In this document: positions 46,297-56,700 of the stretch, one piece after another | Position numbering within the stretch: position 1 is the stretch's first letter | Layout of the letters: every line of letters begins with the position of its first letter | Assembly: GCA_964594395.1 (NCBI GenBank) | Contig: CAZQLW010000001.1 | Coordinates: forward strand, 27,579-91,578 | Reading direction: 5' to 3' | DNA from: an uncultured Methanosarcinales archaeon | Lineage (GTDB): Archaea > Nanobdellota > Nanobdellia > Woesearchaeales > GW2011-AR9 | DNA length: 64,000 nucleotides | The notes under the pieces: generated by a model | Told to the model about the DNA's origin: nothing | The model's input: only the letters and a program-made list of their open reading frames with translations | The model's database searches: none | Translations under genes and position numbers: made by a program

Positions 46297-47820
46297 ATGG
46301 CAAAAAAATTAAAGTTGGATGAAAGTAAACTAAACAAACTTAAAGATTTATTAGAAAAAGGGATCAATCCGTACCCTTACACTTACAATCAAGCAAATCA
46401 TGCTAATGATATTAATGTAAAATATTCTAGCTTAAAAAAAGAAGAACATACTAAAGATGTAGTTTCTGTTGCTGGAAGAGTAATGTTAAAAAGAGTTATG
46501 GGTAAAGCTAGCTTTTTTCATCTTCAAGATCAGTCTGGAAGAGTGCAACTTTACTTATCTAAAGACCTTCTAGAAAATTATAAAATTTTTGCTAAAAAAG
46601 TTGATATCGGCGATATTATTGGTGTGGAAGGAAAAATTTTCAAAACGAGAATGGGCGAAGTTACTATTGAAGTTAGTTCTGCAGAAATATTATGCAAGTC
46701 AGTAATGATGTTGCCTGAAAAGTACCACGGTTTGAAAGATATTGAATTAAGATACAGACAAAGGTACGTTGATTTGTTCATGAGTCCAGATACAAAAAAA
46801 GTTTTTTTAAACAGAACAAAGATGATTAAAGTTATCCGTGAATATTTTGACCAGAAAGATTTTTTAGAAGCAGAAACTCCACTTTTACAAACAGTTTATG
46901 GTGGTGCAAACGCTCGTCCGTTTGAAACGCATATTAATGCTTGGGACATGAAAATGTTTTTATCAATCTCGCCAGAACTTTATCTTAAACGATTACTTGT
47001 TGGCGGTTTTGAAAAAGTTTACACTATCTGTAAAAATTTTAGGAACGAAGATGTTGACCCTACTCATAACCCAGAATTTACGATGTTAGAAGTTTATGAA
47101 GCTTACGTTGATTATCGGACGATGATGCAATATTTAGAAGAAGTGATTGAAAAATGTTGTTTAGCAATTAATGGATCAACAAAAGTCAATCAAACATATC
47201 GTGGTGAAAAAGTTGTAGTTGACTTTAAAGCACCTTGGAAAAGGTTATCGATGATTGATGCAATTAAAAAGTATGCTAAGATTGATGTTTCCAAAATGAC
47301 TGAGAAACATATTAAAGAAGTTGTTGACAGTCATAAGATCGATTATGAAGGTAAATTTAATTGGGGTCTGGGAGTGCAATTATTATTTGAAGAATTGGTA
47401 GAAGATAAACTTGTCCAGCCAGTACATATCATTGACCACCCTAAAGAATCAACTCCACTTTGTAAACCTCATCCTAAAGATGATCGGTTAATTGAAAGGT
47501 TTGAATCGTTTTGTTTAGGGATGGAACTTAGTAACGCTTATTCAGAATTGAATGATCCTGTTTTACAAAGGAAATTGTTAGAAGATCAAGCGGAACAATT
47601 AAGGGCCGGTGCTGATGAAGCTCATCCGATGGATGAAGATTTTGTTAATGCGATGGAATATGGAATGCCACCTGCTGGCGGGTTAGGGTTTGGCGTTGAT
47701 CGAATTGTAGTTATTCTTACTAGTCAGGATTCTATTCGAGATGTAATCTTTTTTCCTACAGTAAAACCTATTTTAGACGACGAAGATAAAGATAAAAAAA
47801 AGAAAAGTAAGAAAAAATAG
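46297..47820 (+). CDS. lysS: lysyl-tRNA synthetase, class II
   Basis: N-terminal OB anticodon-binding domain. Class II motif 2 region FESFCLGMELSNAYSELNDP. Motif 3 GMPPAGGLGFGVDRIVVILT. Confidence 0.85.
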   Translation: MAKKLKLDESKLNKLKDLLEKGINPYPYTYNQANHANDINVKYSSLKKEEHTKDVVSVAGRVMLKRVMGKASFFHLQDQSGRVQLYLSKDLLENYKIFAKKVDIGDIIGVEGKIFKTRMGEVTIEVSSAEILCKSVMMLPEKYHGLKDIELRYRQRYVDLFMSPDTKKVFLNRTKMIKVIREYFDQKDFLEAETPLLQTVYGGANARPFETHINAWDMKMFLSISPELYLKRLLVGGFEKVYTICKNFRNEDVDPTHNPEFTMLEVYEAYVDYRTMMQYLEEVIEKCCLAINGSTKVNQTYRGEKVVVDFKAPWKRLSMIDAIKKYAKIDVSKMTEKHIKEVVDSHKIDYEGKFNWGLGVQLLFEELVEDKLVQPVHIIDHPKESTPLCKPHPKDDRLIERFESFCLGMELSNAYSELNDPVLQRKLLEDQAEQLRAGADEAHPMDEDFVNAMEYGMPPAGGLGFGVDRIVVILTSQDSIRDVIFFPTVKPILDDEDKDKKKKSKKK

Positions 47821-47828
47821 GTTTTTAA

Positions 47829-48257
47829 TTAGTCATCTAGATAATGAAAAACTTTTTTAAGTTCTTCTTCAATTTCGCCATCGTAAAAAATGTTATAAGT
47901 CCATTCATGCATTCTAAATTCAACAATTGAACTTTTATTTTTTAAATTAATAATGAAATGTTTTGATTCTTTTATAAAATCTAGACAAGACTCTGGATCT
48001 AAATCATTTAATATAATTCTATCTTTTAATATTTCAAGATTATTTCCATATTTCTCTTTAAGTTCATGAGCAAATTTCAAGAAAAAATGATCAGAACTAA
48101 TCATTGGGCTTTTTACATCGTCAAATTTTGGTTTAAATAAAGTTAATTTTACTTTAAGATTGTTATCACTAATAAAATTAATGATTTTTTCCATCTCTTC
48201 AATGTTACTTCCGCCAGTATAATCTAATATTTTCATTTTTACTTTTAAAAAAATCAC
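47829..48257 (-). CDS. hypothetical protein
   Basis: 142-aa ORF, no motif. Confidence 0.35.
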   Translation of the reverse strand: MIFLKVKMKILDYTGGSNIEEMEKIINFISDNNLKVKLTLFKPKFDDVKSPMISSDHFFLKFAHELKEKYGNNLEILKDRIILNDLDPESCLDFIKESKHFIINLKNKSSIVEFRMHEWTYNIFYDGEIEEELKKVFHYLDD

Positions 48258-48343
48258 CTGTTTATAAATTTAAAAAAAATGTGGACGGCAGATAAGCAGA
48301 AATCTTTGGATTTCTTTACCTGCCTTCATTATTTTAAAAAAAA

Positions 48344-48480
48344 TGTGGACGGCAGGGTTCGAACCTGCGTAGACACTAAGTCACAGGGTGTCTTTTAATC
48401 ATAGCAGTTAAGCTCATTACACCCGTGAACGGCTAGGATTACCCTAAGCCCTGCCCGTTTGACCACTCCGGCACGTCCAC
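48344..48480 (-). tRNA. tRNA-Leu(UAG) with 53-nt canonical-position intron
   Basis: Minus-strand acceptor GTGGACG/CGTCCAC plus A73. D-stem CCG/CGG with 11-nt loop. Anticodon stem CAGGG/CCCTG with loop CUUAGG|intron|A. Long variable arm. T-arm GCAGG-TTCGAAC-CCTGC. Confidence 0.7.
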
Positions 48481-48504
48481 TTAATATTGGGTAAATTAGG
48501 GTTT

Positions 48505-48517
48505 TGTTTTATATATC
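48505..48517 (-). promoter_or_regulatory. TATA box (ATATATAAAA on minus strand) about 27-36 nt upstream of tRNA-Leu 5' end
   Basis: A/T box at canonical archaeal distance from the mature 5' end. Confidence 0.4.
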
Positions 48518-48603
48518 TTACGGTGATTTATATCATTTAAGAAAAGAAAACTTTAATAATGATTAATGTTCGAAACAATAAAAACAAAAATGGGGGATTA
48601 AAA

Positions 48604-49155
48604 ATGTCTAAAACTGTTGAAAATTTAAAAACTGCTTTTGCTGGCGAATCACAAGCAAGAAACAAATATACTTATTTTGCTAAAGTTGCTAGGAAAGAGG
48701 GGTTCCATTACATTGCAAAAATCTTTGAAGAAACTGCAATGAATGAAATGCAACACGCAAAGGATGAATTTAAACTTCTTAACGGAATCGGGGATACAGA
48801 AGCTAACTTGAAAACTGCAATTGAAGGTGAGCATTACGAAACAACAGAAATGTATCCCCAGTTTGCTAAAGAAGCTGAAGAAGAAGGTAACGAAAAAGCG
48901 GCAAAGCTATTCCGAGAGATTGCTAAAGTTGAGAAAGAACACGAAGATCGTTACAAACAATTATTGAAAATGGTTGAAGCTGGTAATGTTTTCAAAAGAG
49001 ATAAACCGATTAGATGGAAGTGTAGCAAGTGCGGTTATATTCATAGTGGTGAGGAACCTTTAGAAAGGTGTCCAAGCTGTAAACATCCACGAGAATATTA
49101 CGAACCTGAATGTTTGTGTTTCAGCAAAGACTGTGAAGTTTGTTGTGGAAAATAA
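48604..49155 (+). CDS. rbr: rubrerythrin
   Basis: N-terminal MSKTVENLKTAFAGESQARNKYTYFA ferritin-like diiron domain and C-terminal rubredoxin-like CxxC...CxxC. Confidence 0.8.
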   Translation: MSKTVENLKTAFAGESQARNKYTYFAKVARKEGFHYIAKIFEETAMNEMQHAKDEFKLLNGIGDTEANLKTAIEGEHYETTEMYPQFAKEAEEEGNEKAAKLFREIAKVEKEHEDRYKQLLKMVEAGNVFKRDKPIRWKCSKCGYIHSGEEPLERCPSCKHPREYYEPECLCFSKDCEVCCGK

Positions 49156-49161
49156 ATAAAG

Positions 49162-49845
49162 TTAATTTTCTTTTTTTAATTTCTTTATTATTTCAGGGCA
49201 CAATTTTTCTGCATCATTGTACATTTTACTGTACATAATGACATTATCTCGTGCATAATTTCCATTTCCTACGTTTGCTAAAACGAATCCTTTTAATTCT
49301 GCTTCTTTTTTAAATCCTAAACCTGTAAATATTTTTTGAGTTGCTGTATGGAATGTTGCACAGTAAACAGAAGCATGTTCAGTACCAGAATTTTTCACTA
49401 TTTCTTCAACATAATTTGTTAATAATCTACAATAACCTTTTCCTCTTTTTTTAGGGGATGTTACTGTTAGTGAAAATTCAGTGCTCATATTTTTTTCAGA
49501 TGTAATCAAAGCCCATGCTGAAACCACTTGATCTTTTTCTTTTAGTAAAAATAATTTCATTTCTTCAAGAAGGGCTTTATATCTTCCTGGAAATAAGATG
49601 TCTTCGTAAACTCCTCCAAAAAGTTCTGGAAACCCTATCCTGTATAACTTTGCTGTTTGTTCAATCTCATCATAATTTGTTGTTGCTAAATTTTTAATTA
49701 CTAAATTTTCATCTATTGTTTTTTCTTCAGTTGTCCAAACTATTTTTCTATCATTTAATTTTCTAATTTTTAAAGATGGTGAAATATTTTTCCTATCATT
49801 AATTTTTAACATTTCTGAAATAATCTTTTCATCTAAAGTTAACAT
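49162..49845 (-). CDS. GNAT-family N-acetyltransferase
   Basis: Motif A-like VTSPKKRGKGYCRLL (R/Q-x-x-G-x-G/A). Confidence 0.55.
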   Translation of the reverse strand: MLTLDEKIISEMLKINDRKNISPSLKIRKLNDRKIVWTTEEKTIDENLVIKNLATTNYDEIEQTAKLYRIGFPELFGGVYEDILFPGRYKALLEEMKLFLLKEKDQVVSAWALITSEKNMSTEFSLTVTSPKKRGKGYCRLLTNYVEEIVKNSGTEHASVYCATFHTATQKIFTGLGFKKEAELKGFVLANVGNGNYARDNVIMYSKMYNDAEKLCPEIIKKLKKEN

Positions 49846-49883
49846 TTTTATTTCCTCCTAATCAAAATGTAAAAATAAAAAAA

Positions 49884-50150
49884 TTATTTTTTGTATAGTT
49901 CAAATATTTTTTCTAACTGTCCTACGCTAAGATCTTCCAATTTGAACCCCACTCCAGTCAGTTCATCAACTAGTTCTGCTTTTTTTTCAAGTTCTGATCC
50001 AGTTTCTTCTGCTGTTTTTGGTTTTACATCTTCTGGTTTTTTGTCTCTCGTATAGCCACTTGGAACAGACCCACCACAAAAACTTGGCATAAAATACTTA
50101 TGTGCAAACACTGCGGTCATTACTATTCCCATTACTACTATTTCTATCAT
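49884..50150 (-). CDS. small membrane-anchored acidic protein
   Basis: 88 aa with N-terminal TM and an acidic C-terminus. Confidence 0.3.
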   Translation of the reverse strand: MIEIVVMGIVMTAVFAHKYFMPSFCGGSVPSGYTRDKKPEDVKPKTAEETGSELEKKAELVDELTGVGFKLEDLSVGQLEKIFELYKK

Positions 50151-50281
50151 TTTATTTTACCTCCATTTTATTTTTGTTCGTTTCATAACTTAAGGGGGGT
50201 AAATGGCTATATAAGTATTACGGGATAATATTCGGAAAATAAGCGAAATATTTATAAATAATTGAATATTCTACGAAAATA

Positions 50282-50731
50282 ATGAAAAACATTCAACCAA
50301 AATTAATTAACCTCTTTAAAGAAGGTTATTGTACCCCTCAAATAGCGAGGGTAGCAAAAAAATTGAAAGAACCATCTACTACCATCCATTACAATATCAA
50401 AAAATTAGAGAAAGAGAAAGCTATTCGCACTTACAAAGCAGTATTTGATTATAAGAAAATTGGCGAAGGTTTTTGTGCTTATGTTCTGATTAACTTATCT
50501 CCTGATGAATATGGCGACCCTGAAAGGATTGGTAAAGATTTAGCTAAACATTCAGAAATAGAGAGTGTTGATGTTATTACTGGTGATTGGGAGATTATTC
50601 TTAAAGTAAGAGTAAAAGATCAAGAAGAATATTATCAATTTATGAAAAATGTAATCTCTCGGAAAGGAGTTACAAAAATAAAAAGTTTAACCTCTTTAAA
50701 GCAGGTTAAAACTGAATTTGTGGTGTTATAA
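50282..50731 (+). CDS. Lrp/AsnC-family transcriptional regulator
   Basis: N-terminal HTH followed by a RAM-like C-terminal domain (CAYVLINLS...). Confidence 0.7.
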   Translation: MKNIQPKLINLFKEGYCTPQIARVAKKLKEPSTTIHYNIKKLEKEKAIRTYKAVFDYKKIGEGFCAYVLINLSPDEYGDPERIGKDLAKHSEIESVDVITGDWEIILKVRVKDQEEYYQFMKNVISRKGVTKIKSLTSLKQVKTEFVVL

Positions 50732-50734
50732 AAA

Positions 50735-51004
50735 ATGAGAAAATTAAGCAATATGGAATTAGAAATTAAAAAGATTAAACAAAGGAATAAACGAGTAGAA
50801 GCAGATAAAGCTTGGGAAATAAGTTTTTTTCGTCGGATAGTTATTGCTTTAATGACATATTTTTTAGTCGTCTTATTTTTATGGACAATTGATATTGAGA
50901 ATTGTTGGCTTAACGCTATTGTGCCAACGCTTGGTTTTGTTTTATCAACGTTAAGTTTACCTTTTATCAAAAAATGGTGGACTAACCAAAGGTACAATAA
51001 TTAG
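50735..51004 (+). CDS. small 2-TM membrane protein
   Basis: 89 aa, coiled N-terminus plus two TMs. Confidence 0.3.
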   Translation: MRKLSNMELEIKKIKQRNKRVEADKAWEISFFRRIVIALMTYFLVVLFLWTIDIENCWLNAIVPTLGFVLSTLSLPFIKKWWTNQRYNN

Positions 51005-51076
51005 CTTTTAAATTTAAAACAATAGTTTACTTTACAATTAATTTAATAAACAACAAATTTTTCTTTAGTATAAATT

Positions 51077-52330
51077 ATGATTAGTAACAATAATAATTTT
51101 ATTCGTGTAAATGCAGATTTGCATATGCATGGTCTTTATTCTTCTGCAGTTAGTAAACAGATGATTCCTAAAGTTATAGCGCAACAAGCCCCTAGAAAAG
51201 GGTTACATCTTGTTGGAACTGCAGACATTCTTCATAGTAAATGGCAGCAACTGATTAAAGAGCAATTAAAACCGACGGAGCAGGAAGCAATTTTTGCACA
51301 TGAAAACAAAACAAAGTTTATTCTCCAAACAGAAGTTGAAGATAACAATCGTGTTCATCAAATAATTTTCTTTCCCTCAATGTCTAAAGTAAACGAAGTT
51401 AGAGAAGCGTTTCAAAATAAATGTAAAAATTTGGATTCTGACGGAAGGCCAAATATTTTATTAAACGGTACAGAGATTGCCCAAATTTGTTTAGATGCTG
51501 GTTGTTTAATTGGTCCTGCTCATGCTTTTACGCCATACTTTGGAATTTACAGTAAATTTAATTCTTATAAAGAATGTTACGGAGATTTATGGAGAAAGAT
51601 TAATTTTATGGAATTGGGTTTAAGTGCAGATACAAATATGGCTGATCGGATTTCTGAATTGCACAATTTAACTTTTTTAAGTAATTCAGATTGTCATAGT
51701 CCTTGGCCAAACAAATTAGGACGAGAATTTAACACTTTTTTGATGCAAGAAATATCTTTTAATGAACTGGAAAAAGTTTTCAAACGTGAACAGGGCAGAA
51801 AATCTGTACTTAATGTTGGTTTAAATCCTTTAGAGGGCAGGTACCATAAAACACGTTGTCGAGGTTGTTTAACTTTTTTTGAACCAAAAGATGCTCTTTC
51901 TTTAAATTGGAAATGTCCCGGTTGTAAAAATTTTATTAAAAAAGGCGTAGATTTTGGGGTTTCGGAATTAGCCTCTCTAGAAACGGGAGTACATCCTGGT
52001 CATCGTCCTGAATATAAGCACATTATTCCTTTAAGTGAAATTATTGCTCTAGCTATGGGGATAAAAGATGCTTGGTCTGTAAAAGTACAAAATGAATGGA
52101 AACGGTTTGTTTCTCGGTTTGGAAATGAAGTTAGAGTTTTACTTTACGCTCAATATGAAAAAATGGAAGGGCTTAACCCTAAAGTTGCTGAGTTTGTGCA
52201 ATATTTTCGTGAAGGGAAGATTAAGTATGTTCCTGGCGGTGGCGGAGTTTACGGTAAACTTGTTCCGCCTGGAGAAGCAGTAGAGATTAAAGAGTTTAAA
52301 GAGAAACAGAAAACGCTTGGAGAATTTTAA
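51077..52330 (+). CDS. endonuclease Q-like protein (PHP-type N-terminal domain plus Zn-ribbon)
   Basis: DLHMHGLYS and GPAHAFTP motifs, LSNSDCHSP, CxxC...CxxC (CRGC...CPGC), and C-terminal PGGGG, as in archaeal EndoQ (TIGR00375-like). Confidence 0.55.
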   Translation: MISNNNNFIRVNADLHMHGLYSSAVSKQMIPKVIAQQAPRKGLHLVGTADILHSKWQQLIKEQLKPTEQEAIFAHENKTKFILQTEVEDNNRVHQIIFFPSMSKVNEVREAFQNKCKNLDSDGRPNILLNGTEIAQICLDAGCLIGPAHAFTPYFGIYSKFNSYKECYGDLWRKINFMELGLSADTNMADRISELHNLTFLSNSDCHSPWPNKLGREFNTFLMQEISFNELEKVFKREQGRKSVLNVGLNPLEGRYHKTRCRGCLTFFEPKDALSLNWKCPGCKNFIKKGVDFGVSELASLETGVHPGHRPEYKHIIPLSEIIALAMGIKDAWSVKVQNEWKRFVSRFGNEVRVLLYAQYEKMEGLNPKVAEFVQYFREGKIKYVPGGGGVYGKLVPPGEAVEIKEFKEKQKTLGEF

Positions 52331-52339
52331 TTTGTTTGA

Positions 52340-53551
52340 TTAATTCTTATCTTTTTTTATGGGTTTAAAAATAGTGGAAATTTTTTCTAAAAATCTTCTC
52401 TTTTTGGTTTTCTTTTCTTTTAGAACATTTGTCCTTGTTTCTTTAACAATTTCCTCAGAATTTTGATTTTCTAAACTTTCAACGTTATTAAGGTTGTTTT
52501 TGTACTCTGCTAATCTTAATTTTTCAGCAGCAACTTTCTCTTTTCCGTATCCTAAATTGTTAGCAATTTGAATCCTTGCTAATAAGTAATTCTCATCAAT
52601 TTTATCTAAAGCATAATGGCAAATGAAAGTTGTTTCTTTCATAAAATCGTTTAACATTTCTTTGGTTCTTTCTTTTTTGTAAGGGTTTTCCATTTTAATG
52701 AAAAGTTTTGTTACTAATTCATTAATGTTCAGACCATGGTCTACAGCCTTTGAAAACATTTTTTCGGGTAAATAATCTGCTCCCAGTGTAATTGCTGTAT
52801 TTTTGTTCGATCTTAATGCAAAACCATAAATTTTTTCTTTACGCCCGATAACAACTTTTGCTTTTTCAATGTCTTCATCACCTAACCTTTTTTCTGCAAC
52901 TTTCAATGCATGATAAGGATTTTTTTGTAATGAATCATTAAACTCTGTCATTACCTGTTGATAATTTAATTCTTTCTGTTTGTTAATATATTCTTTTAAT
53001 TCTAAACTTTTTTGTTTATTTTCTTTTGAATAAACTTTTTTTCTTTTTTCTTTCTCTTTAGTTTCAAAATTAAGTTTAACTCTAGGGTTGTGGGTGATAT
53101 CGACTTGACGTAAATAAGTGTCTTCAATCTTATTTTCTAGATCTGGTGAGACTCTATTAAAAAATAATTTTCTTGATTTTTCAACTTCTTCATAACTTGA
53201 ATCTGGTTGATTAATTGTCTGAAGTGAAGATAATAATCTTTCAACATTATTTTTTGAAATGAATCGATGACCTACTCCTTCAAGTATTTCAGAAAATCTT
53301 AAACATTCTTTACCATTACTAACGTATTTTATTGTTTTAATGCCCATTTCTTTAAGTTGATGTTGATAAGTTTGAGCAAGCTGGTTATATTGGTTATAAG
53401 TTGGACTTTTTTCTAGTTCTTCGACTTTTGTCCCTAGGTTATAATTTGAATTTGTTCTTAAATTATGTGTTGATTCCATCATTTTATTATATTTTATGAG
53501 TAGGTATATAAACCTTTTGGTTATTTTGTAACTCAGTAGTGGTATCAACAA
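52340..53551 (-). CDS. hypothetical protein (403 aa, K/E/N-rich)
   Basis: Long ORF with no recognised motif. Confidence 0.35.
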   Translation of the reverse strand: MLIPLLSYKITKRFIYLLIKYNKMMESTHNLRTNSNYNLGTKVEELEKSPTYNQYNQLAQTYQHQLKEMGIKTIKYVSNGKECLRFSEILEGVGHRFISKNNVERLLSSLQTINQPDSSYEEVEKSRKLFFNRVSPDLENKIEDTYLRQVDITHNPRVKLNFETKEKEKRKKVYSKENKQKSLELKEYINKQKELNYQQVMTEFNDSLQKNPYHALKVAEKRLGDEDIEKAKVVIGRKEKIYGFALRSNKNTAITLGADYLPEKMFSKAVDHGLNINELVTKLFIKMENPYKKERTKEMLNDFMKETTFICHYALDKIDENYLLARIQIANNLGYGKEKVAAEKLRLAEYKNNLNNVESLENQNSEEIVKETRTNVLKEKKTKKRRFLEKISTIFKPIKKDKN

Positions 53552-53737
53552 TGAAAAAGTTATTACATAGAAAGGAATTACTTCTTATTGAAAAAATGAG
53601 GCGAAAGACAGTTTTGAGTTTATTTGTTTTTTTATTTTTTCTAAACTTTAACTTGAATTAAACTTTTCGTAACATATATAAACTACAAAATATTCATTTT
53701 ACTAAATAATCATAAATTAAATAGAGGTATAAATAAA

Positions 53738-56700
53738 ATGAAAAAAATCATTGTTGTAAGTTTAATTGTGTTCTGCTTGTTGTTAAGCAATATTGCTTTG
53801 GCTGAAGAAGTAGCTGAAGAAAGTTCTTGTACTGGATTCTGGGGAAAAGTAAGTTGTGTGCTTTTCGGAGACCCGGTTAAGAAAGATCAAGCTAAACAAG
53901 CTCTTGCTGGTCAAGCAGGAAGAATGAGAGATGTTCAAACTCGTGATTCTGCTCCTGAAGTTGAAGAGCTTGAAGATGTAAAAGAAGTACCTGATGCAAA
54001 AATAATAACTTTACCTGAAAAAGAAGAAATTAAATGTGTCGATACTGACGGTGGAAGAAATTTTGAAGTTAAAGGTCGGATAAAAGGCGCAGATCCAAAA
54101 AATCCTGATCAAGAAATGAATGAAGAAGACAGATGTTCTTCTGATACCAGAATTATTGAATTTGAATGTAAAGATGATTCTTTAATTACTTGGAACGGTT
54201 ACGATTGTCCTAATGATGGTGTTTGTCGTGATGGTGCTTGTGTTGAACGTGAAGTTGAAATTCTTCCAGCAACTAATGAAGAAGAAAAAGAAATGCTTCC
54301 TGCAACTAATGATGAAGAAAGTGTTCGAGAAGTAGAAGAAAAAGTTGTTGTTGAAGAGAAAAAAGTAATCTGTAGAGATACTGATGGTGGTTATAATGTT
54401 GACAAAAAAGGGACTATTACTGGCCTGAACATTGATAATAATGAAGTGACTTATACCGATTTTTGCCGAACTTCTCAAAGTGAAACAAGGCTTGATTCCT
54501 GTAGCGGTGCTCGTTGTAGAATTAAAGAATGGGGTTGTACAAACAATATTGTTGGTTCAAACGTTTTATCATGTAAATATGGTTGTGGGGATGGTGCTTG
54601 TTTAGCTGCTAGTAGAAGTACTGGTAGTGCTGTTGAAGAACCAGTTGTTGAACCTATTGAAGAAAAAACGTTAGACTGTACAGATTCTGACCGGGGCCAA
54701 AATATTTATTTGAAAGGTGAAACTTTTAAGCCTGGTGAAGGAACTTTAAAAAATACAAAGGGATTATATTTTGTTGATACTGCACGCGGAAGAACTTGGT
54801 CTGATGCTTGTCAATTAAAAACTGAAACTGGTTATTCAAGCATTGATGAGGGTAGGTGTAGTGCCGGTGTTGATTGTTATGTAATAGAATTTTCTTGTAA
54901 CGCTGACAGTATTAGAAAAGCTTGTCCTAACGGTTGTGTTGATGGTGCTTGTTTAAAAACTTCTCGAACTGTTGTTGTTGAGAAAGAAGCTGAAGAAGTT
55001 GAAACCGTTTTTGAAGCGAAAGAAACTAGATGTGCTGACGGTAAAGATAATGATAATGATAACAAGATTGACTGTTTTGATGCTGATTGTTCTCCTGCTG
55101 CTGGAGAAATTTATCAAGCCGGTGATGATTGTACTTTAACTAATGATGTACCTACTTGCTGTTTATATCATAGTAGAAAAGCAGGAACTTTTGTTGAATC
55201 TTTCGATACTGAATCAATGTGTCTTGGTGCTGGAAGATTCCCAGTAATTAATGAACGAGTTTGTGAAAGAATGCTTGAACAGAAAGGATATGTTTACATT
55301 GAAGATGAGGAATTAGAATTAGAAGTTGTTGAAGTAGAAGTGTCTGAAACCAGTGGTAGTAATTATGAAAAGTATAAAGAAGTTTTATCTTCTTGTGAAA
55401 GAGAAGGAAATATTTTTGATCACGTAACCGATACTTGTTTAGAATCTTGTCCGCGAGGAACAAAACGTGTTGCATGGGGTCCTGGAAAAGCACTTTTTAG
55501 TTGTCTCCCTGAAGAATCTCCTGGCTGTACTGATACCGATGAAGTAGAAAGAGAGTATCAAAAATATTTCCATGTTAATTATGAAGTTAAAGGCACAACT
55601 ACTGGTATTAATGTAAAAACTGGTGAATTTGGCAGTACGACCGATTTCTGTTCTGATGAAAATACCATTAGAGAATTCTTTTGTTCATATCACGGCCCTG
55701 ATAAATATTTAACCAGTACTGGTCATGGTCATACCTGTCCAAATGGTGGTGTTTGTGAGGATGGTGCTTGTCTTCCTGGAACTGAAGTTGAAGATTCTGA
55801 TTTACCTCCTGGATTAGAAGAATTACCTCCTGGATTGGCTAAAAAAGATAAAACTCCTCCGGGCTGGGAAAAAGGCGAAAAATCTGGTTGGGAAGAAGTT
55901 ACTGAAGTAACTGAAGAAGCAGCAGAACCTTACGCTGATGACTGTAACGGTTGTGAAAGTAATGGTAAATGTTTACCTTTTGGAACTCGGAAAGTTGTTG
56001 ACGAAGTTGCTAGTTTTTGTGATTTAGAAGGGAGATGGGCTAGCCAAGCTTCTTTAAGTGCATCATGTCAAAACGATTACGAATGTCAAACTAACGAGTG
56101 TAGTAACGGTCAGTGTGAAGATCTTGCTAAGAAGTTAGAAGAAACTGAGAACGCTTTGAATAAGTTGTTAGATTTTGTAAAGAAATTCTTTGGCGTTGAA
56201 GAAGAAACTTTTGTCATTGAAGAAGATTTCGGGATTATTGAGTATGGCGCAACTAAAGAAGATTCCACTGGTGATTTTAAGATGTTGAATAATCCTAGTG
56301 TTGGTTATGAAGGGTATTACAATAATCTTTACGTACTTGTTCAGGATCATGAAAAAGATATTAACGAAAAAGTTTTTATTGGACAACTTTTAGAAGACTT
56401 GGATGAACTCGAACTTCAAGATATGAACGAGTTTGGTCAACATTTCTATTGTACTGATGATAATTATGATCAGTATGTATGTACTTGGTTCAGTGGAGAC
56501 ATTTTTGTAGCTCTAATCATCAATAATTTTGAAGAATTTATTGATTTGGAAGGCATGGAACAATCTTTTGAAGATATGTTATTAGCTTACTTGGAGAAAT
56601 TCCCTTCTTCAATAACTTTAAACATTGAAGATTTCAGTGATGTTGAAAAGGAAGAGATTATGCCTGAAGTAGAAGTTGAGGAAGAAGAGGAAGTGATGAG

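Noticed and set aside
48274-48356. A resident integrated element between the duplicated tRNA-Leu 3'-end repeats
   Set aside because: Only about 38 nt separate the two 22-nt copies, so no element is present. It was kept only as a possible scar.
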